Made by a program: the position numbers and the translations under genes. A stretch of 64,000 nt of DNA from positions 1,668 through 65,667 of the forward strand of contig JBGCEE010000032.1 in the NCBI GenBank assembly GCA_045106015.1, read 5' to 3'. Positions 1-7,855 of this stretch are shown here, in pieces (within the stretch, counting starts at the first letter, position 1; each line of letters opens with the position of its first letter). The notes under the pieces were generated by a model. That model was not told the origin of the DNA, ran no database searches, and saw only the letters and a program-made list of their open reading frames with translations. Origin of the DNA: Akkermansiaceae bacterium (lineage in GTDB: Bacteria > Verrucomicrobiota > Verrucomicrobiia > Verrucomicrobiales > Akkermansiaceae).

Positions 1-1131
1 GTGGCTCTGGCAGGGAGCGAGGGAGGTCTTGTCGCATGGGAACGGACGATGGCCGAGATTTTTGCCGACAACGGCTACGCAACCTCTTGTGTTGGAAAGT
101 GGCACATCGGTGCCTCTGAGGGCCGCTGGCCGACCGACCAGGGTTTCGATGAATGGATTGGACCCCCTCACAGCTATGACGAAGCTCTCTGGGCGGATGA
201 CCCGTGGTATGATCCCAAACGCGATCCGGTCGCATACATGTATGAGGGGAAAAAAGGAGAAGCTGTTAAGAAGACAATCCAACTGACAACAGAAGTCAAA
301 CGGGATCTGGACGTCACCTATCTCAAACGGAGCAAAGAGTTTATCCGTAAGAGCAAAGAGGCAGGAAAGCCCTTCTTTCTTTATTTCAATCATACCTTGA
401 TGCACCTGCCGACGATTCCGCGGAAGGAGTTTTCAGGTAAGTCAGGCCACGGTGAAAGGGCAGATTGCCTCCTCCAGCTTGATCATGACTTCGGTGTTGT
501 TCTCGATTACTTGAAGGAACTCGATCTCGACGAAAACACCATCGTCGTTTTTTCAGGAGACAACGGCCCCGAACAAATGGACCCTTGGCGGGGTTCGGCG
601 GGCCCTTGGGATGGATCGTATTTCACAGGACTCGAGGGTTCCCTCCGGACTCCTTGTATCGTCCGGTATCCCAAGGTTGTGCCGGAAGGGAAGAAAAGTA
701 ACGAAATCGTCCACATCACGGATATGTTCACGACACTCCTCAAGTGGACAGGGTTGCCGGTTCCTGACGATCGGGTAATCGATGGCATCGACCAGCGGGC
801 ATTTCTCGAAGGTAAGCAGGATCGTTCGGACCGGGACGGGTTCCCATACTGGATGGGCGAAAAAATGTATGGAGTGAAATGGCATCAATTCAAAATGGTG
901 ATGGTACTGCAGCGAAGCCTTGATGCGCCCGCTCTTAGTCTCGCCACTCCTCACATCGTGAACTTGGATGTCGATCCGAAGGAACGTCAGGCATATAATT
1001 ATCCGCATGTGCATACGTGGGTGATTGCTCATACCAGCAAGATCGCCCAAGACTTCAAAGCGAGTGTCGCAAAGGAGGAGTTGATTCCGCTCGGAGCCCC
1101 GCTTGATTTCGTTCCCAAGGTAAAACAGTGA
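1..1131 (+). CDS. Arylsulfatase / sulfatase family protein, 5' truncated by the window edge
   Basis: Open from base 1. Sulfatase motifs GKWHIG, YFNHTLMHLP, FSGDNGP and LEGSLRTPCIVRYP. The CxPxR active-site motif would lie upstream of the window. Confidence 0.92.
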   Translation: MALAGSEGGLVAWERTMAEIFADNGYATSCVGKWHIGASEGRWPTDQGFDEWIGPPHSYDEALWADDPWYDPKRDPVAYMYEGKKGEAVKKTIQLTTEVKRDLDVTYLKRSKEFIRKSKEAGKPFFLYFNHTLMHLPTIPRKEFSGKSGHGERADCLLQLDHDFGVVLDYLKELDLDENTIVVFSGDNGPEQMDPWRGSAGPWDGSYFTGLEGSLRTPCIVRYPKVVPEGKKSNEIVHITDMFTTLLKWTGLPVPDDRVIDGIDQRAFLEGKQDRSDRDGFPYWMGEKMYGVKWHQFKMVMVLQRSLDAPALSLATPHIVNLDVDPKERQAYNYPHVHTWVIAHTSKIAQDFKASVAKEELIPLGAPLDFVPKVKQ

Positions 1132-1426
1132 AAAGAACAAGACGCGGTTAATCAACTAACTGCCCGCCAAGATTTCAAAGCGCGCCTTTTGTACGAAGTG
1201 ACAGCACTTTGACTTCGCAAAATATTATAAGGAAACTATTCGGCTCTTGTCACATTAGGGATGAAAGACGTAACCCACTCAAGTTTCTGCTTCAGAGCTT
1301 TTTTCCTGATCGTCTCCAATGCTCTCGTGGCGGCCTTGGCAGTAGCCAAGAAAAATGGTGGCTGATCAGCGAATGGTTTTTTGTTTCTACTCCGCCATTC
1401 GGTTTGCTAAAGAGGTCAGCTCTAAA

Positions 1427-2221
1427 ATGAAAGTTTTCTTCACTCAACTAATCGTTACTGCTGCCACTCTTTTCGTTGTCGGTTGTGATAGGGGTGGTAG
1501 CCCAAACCTCTCCAGTGCGGTAACGTTGGGAGATGTTGGGTCTGTGAAAAGGTTTATAGCAGCCGGGGTGGATGTGAATTCTCCGGCAGACAGTCCTCCA
1601 TTATATGTCGCAACGATGTTCGCGGTAGATCTTCGAAAGGATCCTCGTCCGAACATGCAGGAGAAAGAAAAGAACTACACCAAGATTATCGAGTTACTTG
1701 TCGAGGGAGGAGCGGACCTGGATGCACGGGAAGGTGCAGGACATACGGCGTTGGCTAGAGCGGCAAAGAACGGGCATAAAGAAATCGTACAATTTTTCAT
1801 TTCCGAGGGTGCTGATGTGAATGTGTTGTTGTATGAAAACCGGACAAAAACAGCATTGGATTCGGCCTTGGCAGCGGGCGAATCTGAAATTGCCGAGATA
1901 CTCCGAAAACATGGTGGCAAGACTCGGGCAGAAATTGTGGAAGAAACGGAAGAGGGGGGTGTCGTCGAAAATCCAGATCGTGACAAAGCCGAAGCTTACT
2001 TCACTGCGCTTGGAAACGTTCAATCTGCTCAGGAAGAAGAGAAACTTCTGACCGAGTTCGGCGAGTGGTTGAAGAAAAATGACTACAAGGTCAGCGTTGA
2101 AGAAAGGGATGGAAAGTACAGACTCACTTGCTCTTCTTTTCCGCCTGTTACTCCGTGGATCGAACACACATTCTTCGATCAAAAAAATTTGGAGCGACTC
2201 CCTCGCCTTGGCGAGAAGTGA
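1427..2221 (+). CDS. Ankyrin-repeat lipoprotein with extra C-terminal domain
   Basis: ATG at 1427 gives a signal peptide and lipobox (LFVVGC). Ankyrin motifs AGVDVN..PPLYVA, GADLDAREGAGHTALARAAKNGHKEIVQFFISEGADVN and KTALDSA. The ORF track starts it at 1355. Confidence 0.85.
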   Translation: MKVFFTQLIVTAATLFVVGCDRGGSPNLSSAVTLGDVGSVKRFIAAGVDVNSPADSPPLYVATMFAVDLRKDPRPNMQEKEKNYTKIIELLVEGGADLDAREGAGHTALARAAKNGHKEIVQFFISEGADVNVLLYENRTKTALDSALAAGESEIAEILRKHGGKTRAEIVEETEEGGVVENPDRDKAEAYFTALGNVQSAQEEEKLLTEFGEWLKKNDYKVSVEERDGKYRLTCSSFPPVTPWIEHTFFDQKNLERLPRLGEK

Positions 2222-2230
2222 ACGGATCCT

Positions 2231-2265
2231 AGGACTCGTCGGTGCGGACGGATCGACGAAGTCCT
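2231..2265 (+). terminator. Hairpin downstream of the ankyrin gene (possible terminator)
   Basis: AGGACTCGTC...GACGAAGTCCT, a 10-bp stem with one bulge, 10 nt after the stop codon. No U tract. Confidence 0.35.
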
Positions 2266-2279
2266 GCCCATAAGAGTGA

Positions 2280-2563
2280 CTCTCAGAAGTTTTCGGATCT
2301 ATCGCTGAGCCTGATCAAGCACTCAAGGAAGCTTTTTGTAAGGCATGTGCTTCGGTCGCTTTGGACGATGGGTATTCAGTGACCATGAAGTTTAGGCGGG
2401 CCCTCCCGATTGTAGCCGAATACCATCGCAGGGTGATGATCTTTGCAGGTGATACACGCAGAGGGAAACTAACTGGATCGCTACCGCTTAGGATGAACTT
2501 CGGAGGTCGGGCTCACATCTTGTTATCCCTGAGGAGTCAGCCCGCAAAGAGCTGGAGAAATAA
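2280..2563 (+). pseudogene. Possible degenerate gene fragment
   Basis: Protein-like open frame from 2280 (LSEVFGSIAEPDQALKEAF...MNFGGRAHI). It reads on naturally as LVIPEESARKELEK* after a -1 shift near 2519. No convincing start. Confidence 0.25.
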
Positions 2564-2719
2564 AACAAGATCATTCAGCAAGAAGAATGGGCTTGGACGC
2601 ATCGGTTGAAGCGCTAAGTTTGGGGCCTTAACGCTTTTTCATGCGATTCCTAAGTAGGTGTCAAATGCATTGGCTAAGGACAAAAAACGAAGGACAAGCT
2701 TTATTTAACCACCAACATC

Positions 2720-2875
2720 ATGCTCCATTACGCAATTGTATTTATTATCGTCGCCCTTGTTGCGGGCGTTTTAGGTTTTGGCTCATTATCCGGAACGGCC
2801 GCACTAATCGCCAAAGTGTGCTTTGTCTTATTCTTAGTCTTCGCGGTGCTTTCTTTTCTTAAGAAGAAGGTCTGA
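2720..2875 (+). CDS. DUF1328 (UPF0391 / YtjA-like) small membrane protein, 51 aa
   Basis: Translated by hand, absent from the ORF track: [51 protein letters not shown]. Typical DUF1328 pattern (A.VLGFG...G.AA.IAK..F). Confidence 0.93.
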   Translation: MLHYAIVFIIVALVAGVLGFGSLSGTAALIAKVCFVLFLVFAVLSFLKKKV

Positions 2876-2955
2876 TCCGAAAGTTTAAGCGTAGCGGCAA
2901 ACCCAAACTAAGAAGTCGTATCAATCAGATAGCAGTCCACTTCATAACCGTATTT

Positions 2956-3558
2956 ATGGCCTTCTTTGCCATCATGAATCCCGTCGCCAACGCGTCGCTT
3001 TTTGTCGCGCTCACGCAAGATACTAGCTCAAAGACTCGTCAGCTGATTGCACTGCGTTCGGTGGTCGTGGCATTCGTCATTGTTCTGATTTTCTCCATCG
3101 GTGGTCGTGAAATATTTACGATTTTTGGGATCACACTGCCAGCATTCCGCATTGCTGGCGGATTGATGGTTGGTGTCATTGGCTACCACATGCTGCAAGG
3201 TGCACCATCCAGCCTCCATATGCCTGACGAACAGGATACCGAAGACACTAGTGATGCCTATCTGGACATGGCGATTACTCCGCTCGGAATTCCTGTCTTA
3301 GCTGGACCGGGAACGATCGCGACCGCAATGAACTTCGCTGCAGAATCCAGCCATCTGGAAATCATCATTGTTCTTGCTGCTTTTGGACTGATGTGTGCGG
3401 TTACTTATATCGCATTTGTCAGTGGAGAGTGGCTTTCTAAGATTCTTGGAAAAAATGGAATCAAGGTGATTTCTCGCCTCATGGGTCTCATACTCGCTGT
3501 CGTGGGTGTGCAAATGCTCATCGAGGGAGTCCGTGGTGCCGCTACAGGTTTTTCCTAA
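2956..3558 (+). CDS. MarC family integral membrane protein
   Basis: FAIMNPVAN, FGITLPAFRIAGG, AITPLGIPVLAGPGTIA and SRLMGLILAVVGVQMLIEG are MarC hallmarks. The true start may be slightly upstream. Confidence 0.93.
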   Translation: MAFFAIMNPVANASLFVALTQDTSSKTRQLIALRSVVVAFVIVLIFSIGGREIFTIFGITLPAFRIAGGLMVGVIGYHMLQGAPSSLHMPDEQDTEDTSDAYLDMAITPLGIPVLAGPGTIATAMNFAAESSHLEIIIVLAAFGLMCAVTYIAFVSGEWLSKILGKNGIKVISRLMGLILAVVGVQMLIEGVRGAATGFS

Positions 3559-3664
3559 ATGATCATGCTATAGTTCTATGAGATCGAAGCCTTCTCTTGA
3601 ACAGCGAACGCACGCTCTCAAATTGGAGATTGTTGTGAAATGAACTCTCTTTAAGGTAATTTCT

Positions 3665-4129
3665 ATGAACTCAAATTGGATAGGATTTTTTGGAATTGCC
3701 ATGATTAGTACTTTGGTTTGCGCGTTCAGCCATGCTGCGGAGGTGGCCCAACCGTCGGTGGACACGAAGCTTGAATTTAGGATGGAGCACAGCTCTGCAG
3801 GGAAGAAAGTCGGGTCGATCACTCATACTCGGAGCATCAAAGATCTGACTGGGGCTCCTCTTGTGAATACGTTCAACGGCCTAGATGGACGGTCATACAA
3901 GATGACGATCAGCTATGTGGGCTACGCAAAATTCGAGGTTTCCAAGGAAGGTAAATCGAACCAACAAAAGCCCGGCCATGTTTTTGCTGTTCAAGTTTTA
4001 TCCGGCGAAAAAGGCCTAACGATCGAAACCACTGAGAAGAATGAGACCAAGCTGTTTGTGTATGAGCAATCGCCCCAAACTTTGTATGAAGGTGAAGGAC
4101 TTACTGTGACCATAAGAAATAAAAAATAG
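3665..4129 (+). CDS. Hypothetical secreted protein
   Basis: 154-aa ORF with a Sec-type signal peptide (…AFSHA/AE) and a beta-rich mature part. No family recognised. Confidence 0.65.
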   Translation: MNSNWIGFFGIAMISTLVCAFSHAAEVAQPSVDTKLEFRMEHSSAGKKVGSITHTRSIKDLTGAPLVNTFNGLDGRSYKMTISYVGYAKFEVSKEGKSNQQKPGHVFAVQVLSGEKGLTIETTEKNETKLFVYEQSPQTLYEGEGLTVTIRNKK

Positions 4130-4206
4130 GGAATGAATCGAATGGCGATGATTTCTTATTTCGTTTCCGGTGATCTTTTGAGAAAGAAGGTATTGTGAAT
4201 CAAACG

Positions 4207-5658
4207 ATGAGATACAGTAGATTGCAGGGGTCGATCGTTGCGGCATTCGTGGTGAGTCTAGGACTTTCCGTAGGGGATGCGAGAGAAGCCGAAGACCGGC
4301 CCAATGTTGTTGTATTCTTTTTGGATGATAGCGGATACGGCGATTTTGCCCACAATGGTAATCCGACTATTCGCACCTCACAAATTTCGAAGCTCGTGCA
4401 AGACGGGATGAATTTCACCCAATTCTATGTTACTTCGCCGGCGTGCAGTGCCTCGCGATACTCACTTCTAACAGGTCGGTATCCAGGACGTTCGGGCTTG
4501 GGCACATGGGTGGTCGGACCAGATGCAAAACGTCATATTCATCCTAAAGAGATTACCCTCGCCGAAGGCTTGAGAACGCGTGGTTATAAAACTGGAATTT
4601 TCGGCAAATGGCATCTTGGAAGCCCGAACAAAAAGAATGGCGAGTCTCAAGGTACCCTGCCTTTGGCTCACGGATTTGACGAATGGTTTGGGACAAACGT
4701 TTCCCATGATTATCAGAATGCGATGTTGTTAGAATCAGATCCTAAGGGAAACGATCCAATCGAAGGTTACTCAGTGATTACAAGGAATCTACCGTCCAAG
4801 CATGATATTTGCTCAGAGCTGACGAAACGTTCCACAGATGCAGCCATTGCATTCATTGAAAAAAATAAGTCAGATCCCTTCTTCGCTTACATTCCATTCA
4901 ACATGCCTCACCTAGGAATTCACGCGAGTGAGAAGTTTCTCGGAAAGTCGCGCAGAGGTCTGCTTGGGGATGTGATGGAGGAAATCGATTACAGCGTTGG
5001 TCAAATTCGAAATGCCATTGAAGATGCTAGGCTAACCAAGAACACCCTGATCATTTTTTCTTCAGACAACGGACCGTGGATCAAATTTCAGGATACGGAG
5101 AAACACAGTAGGTATGGGGAGGCGCGCCTTCACGTTGGATATGCTCAACCGTTCCGAGATGGAAAGGGCTCCACTTGGGAAGGGGGGCATCGCGTCCCTG
5201 GGATTTTCTGCTGGCCGGGAAGTATCACTCCGAACTCCGTCGAACTCTCTCCAGCCAGCACCTTGGATATACTGCCGACGATTTTTGCACTAGCAGGTGT
5301 CGATCTTCCGAAGGATCGTTCGATTGACGGTCGTGATATCCGGCCCTACTTGATGCCACAATCCCACAAGCAAAACGTTGCGGATTTCGAATTCTACTTT
5401 TCAGCATCTGATAACAAGCCCTCTGCAGTCCGCATCGGTGCTTGGAAGATGCATACGCGTATCTCTTCTCAAACAGGAAACAACTACGGATTCGAGGCCT
5501 CTCTGAACACACCACTATTGTTTCATGTCGAACATGATCTTGGAGAGAGATTTGATCGTGCTGGAGAACAGACGAAACTCGTTGAGACGGTGCGATCGAC
5601 TTTGAGTAAGTTTCAAATTCAGATCCAGGAAGAAGGTTCTTTCTGGGATTCGAAGTAA
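4207..5658 (+). CDS. Sulfatase (Cys-type formylglycine-dependent)
   Basis: Signal peptide, RPNVVVFFLDDSGYGD, active site CSASRYSLLTGR, GKWHLG, SSDNGP, WEGGHRVP. Confidence 0.95.
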   Translation: MRYSRLQGSIVAAFVVSLGLSVGDAREAEDRPNVVVFFLDDSGYGDFAHNGNPTIRTSQISKLVQDGMNFTQFYVTSPACSASRYSLLTGRYPGRSGLGTWVVGPDAKRHIHPKEITLAEGLRTRGYKTGIFGKWHLGSPNKKNGESQGTLPLAHGFDEWFGTNVSHDYQNAMLLESDPKGNDPIEGYSVITRNLPSKHDICSELTKRSTDAAIAFIEKNKSDPFFAYIPFNMPHLGIHASEKFLGKSRRGLLGDVMEEIDYSVGQIRNAIEDARLTKNTLIIFSSDNGPWIKFQDTEKHSRYGEARLHVGYAQPFRDGKGSTWEGGHRVPGIFCWPGSITPNSVELSPASTLDILPTIFALAGVDLPKDRSIDGRDIRPYLMPQSHKQNVADFEFYFSASDNKPSAVRIGAWKMHTRISSQTGNNYGFEASLNTPLLFHVEHDLGERFDRAGEQTKLVETVRSTLSKFQIQIQEEGSFWDSK

Positions 5659-5680
5659 TATCTCTTACAGTGATCAGTCA

Positions 5681-5911
5681 ATGAGCTCAGACGTGGATAA
5701 ACCCAGAACAAATGGCGCTTGGGGAATGACTTGGGCTGCCATTTTGGATCTGATTGCTTTTGGATTTTTAATTGCCTCAGATGCGGAGTTATCATTGCTC
5801 GCACTGTTCGGAGCTTGCGAAGCAATGTTCATCTTCTTGTCAGTGAAAGCATGGAAGGACTATTTCGAAGCCTACACTCGATATGAAATTGCAAAGTCGC
5901 GAAAGGATTAG
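5681..5911 (+). CDS. Small hypothetical membrane protein
   Basis: 76 aa with two hydrophobic segments. Fills the gap between the sulfatase and the amidase (6 nt to the next ATG). Confidence 0.55.
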   Translation: MSSDVDKPRTNGAWGMTWAAILDLIAFGFLIASDAELSLLALFGACEAMFIFLSVKAWKDYFEAYTRYEIAKSRKD

Positions 5912-5917
5912 GACGAA

Positions 5918-7615
5918 ATGGCTTACGAATTGAAGCCTGTTAGATCGCCGAGGCTTAGGGGTTTGGGGCTTCGCTTATTTACCGGGCTGATAGAGAGTGC
6001 ATGGATACGCCCGATTCTGTTGCCGAGTCTTATGAAGAACATCGGGGTGACGGTGTTTCGGAAACATGTTCCGCACTCGGGACCTACGAATTTTCCCCTC
6101 GTGAAACCATTGGAACTGAAGACTCAAGTCACTGGTACTGATGCCGTTGCGGCGCTTGCTGCGGAAGTGCCGATCTCGACTTCATCTGGCTTCAGCCATT
6201 CATCGACTACCGACTACGCGAGGGCATATCGGAGCGGGAGTATGTCGCCAGTGGACGTTGCTGAGCGAATCATTGATGCAATCGGGGTTTCAAACAAAAC
6301 AGATCCACCTCTCCGAGCGATTATCAAATATGAGCCGGAAGATATACGTCGCCAAGCGAGGGAGAGCGCCGAATTTCTGGCTGGTGGGAGGCCTCGTAGT
6401 ATTCTCGAAGGTGTACCTGTCGCGATCAAGGACGAGTTAGATATGCTGCCCTACTCGACACATGTTGGCACTTCTTTCCTAGGTGAAGAGACTGCCAGTG
6501 AGGAAGCGACGGTCGTAAGTCGACTGCGTGCAGCCGGCGCGCTTCTGGTCGGAAAAACCAACATGTATGAGATTGGTATTTCTCCTACTGGGAACAATCC
6601 GATTCACGGGTTCTGTCGCAACCCGTATGATCTCAATCACGATGCAGGCGGTTCATCGGGAGGGAGTGCGGCTTCGGTAAGCAGTGGAATCGTGCCGTTG
6701 GCCATTGGTGCCGACGGAGGTGGATCCATTCGTGTGCCGTCCGCTCACTGCGGAGTGGTTGGCTTGAAGCCAACCTTCGGGCGAGTGAGTGAGTTCGGCG
6801 CCGCGCCACTTTGTTGGAGCGTTGCTCATATCGGACCGATTGGGGCTACAGCATTGGATACCGCTATTGGCTATGCGATCTGTGCAGGCAAAGACCCTAA
6901 AGATTCGATGTCTCTCGGTCAGCCTAGCGTGCGCTCATCCGATTTTCACAATCTTGATCTGAGGGGAATCACGCTGGGAATTTATCCTGCTTGGTTTGAG
7001 GACGCATCGTCGGAGATTACGGAACAATGTAAGGAAACGCTCGAGGTTCTGAAAACTGCTGGAGCCGTCATTAGAGAAATTACAATTGAGGGTCTTGAGG
7101 AGACACGCGTGGCCCATGCCATTACCACTCTAACAGAAATGGCAACGGCCATGGAGCCTCATTATGCAGAGCACCGAAAATCTTTTGCCCACCCGACGCG
7201 TATTAGTCTCGCAATCGCTCGGAGCTTCACGAGTCGTGATTATGTGCTTGCTCAACGTGTGCGCACAGAGTCGATGCGTGAGTGGGATCGTGTGCTTTCT
7301 GAAGTGGACGCGGTGATCACACCCACCACAGCTTGTGTGGCTCCGTATCTTGATCCGAGCACCCGAGGTTATGGAGAGTCTGATATGGAGACGATGACTG
7401 AGTTGATGCGATTTGTCGTGAGTGCGAATTTTTGTGGACTACCTGCCATTTCGTTTCCTGCTGGCTATAACAGTAAAGGACTTCCAGTCGGGATCCAAGC
7501 CATAGGGCGCCACTGGGAGGAGCATCTACTTCTGCGCCTAGCCAACGTTGCCGAACAGAAAGCCGACAGAAACAAGCCAAAGTCATACCACGAAATTCTT
7601 CCGCCTAGGGTGTGA
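5918..7615 (+). CDS. Amidase-signature enzyme, plant FAAH-like fatty acid amide hydrolase
   Basis: Lys-cisSer-Ser triad motifs PVAIKDE, GGSSGGS and GADGGGSIRVP. Long N-terminal extension resembling Arabidopsis FAAH (comparison from memory). Confidence 0.9.
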   Translation: MAYELKPVRSPRLRGLGLRLFTGLIESAWIRPILLPSLMKNIGVTVFRKHVPHSGPTNFPLVKPLELKTQVTGTDAVAALAAEVPISTSSGFSHSSTTDYARAYRSGSMSPVDVAERIIDAIGVSNKTDPPLRAIIKYEPEDIRRQARESAEFLAGGRPRSILEGVPVAIKDELDMLPYSTHVGTSFLGEETASEEATVVSRLRAAGALLVGKTNMYEIGISPTGNNPIHGFCRNPYDLNHDAGGSSGGSAASVSSGIVPLAIGADGGGSIRVPSAHCGVVGLKPTFGRVSEFGAAPLCWSVAHIGPIGATALDTAIGYAICAGKDPKDSMSLGQPSVRSSDFHNLDLRGITLGIYPAWFEDASSEITEQCKETLEVLKTAGAVIREITIEGLEETRVAHAITTLTEMATAMEPHYAEHRKSFAHPTRISLAIARSFTSRDYVLAQRVRTESMREWDRVLSEVDAVITPTTACVAPYLDPSTRGYGESDMETMTELMRFVVSANFCGLPAISFPAGYNSKGLPVGIQAIGRHWEEHLLLRLANVAEQKADRNKPKSYHEILPPRV

Positions 7616-7664
7616 CTTTTTACGAATTCTCATGAGTCGTAGAATAAGAAGAAGGTGTTCCTTC

Positions 7665-7715
7665 TACCGATTGAAATATCTCAAACTCATCGCTTGTAGT
7701 AATTTTCAATCGGTA
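7665..7715. promoter_or_regulatory. Perfect 12-bp inverted repeat (hairpin or paired operator)
   Basis: TACCGATTGAAA (7665-7676) and TTTCAATCGGTA (7704-7715) with a 27-nt spacer, in the amidase / DUF1111 intergenic region. Confidence 0.5.
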
Positions 7716-7855
7716 AATCGATGACGTGGATATCGAAGTGGTCTAGTTCTTTCAGAAGCTCCCACGACTCAATCTACGTTTTTTCGTGCTACGGCTCATT
7801 TTGGTAGGTATCGTTTAGCTCGCGGTTAACCATCAGGACTTTGCAATCGACTATT

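Noticed and set aside
1258-1270. 13-nt match GGGATGAAAGACG also present at 9817-9829
   Set aside because: Flanks do not align, and a single 13-mer match in 64 kb is not compelling.
1261-1365. 34-aa hydrophobic ORF MKDVTHSSFCFRAFFLIVSNALVAALAVAKKNGG
   Set aside because: Weak RBS and no recognisable family. Compatible with chance in an AT-rich spacer.
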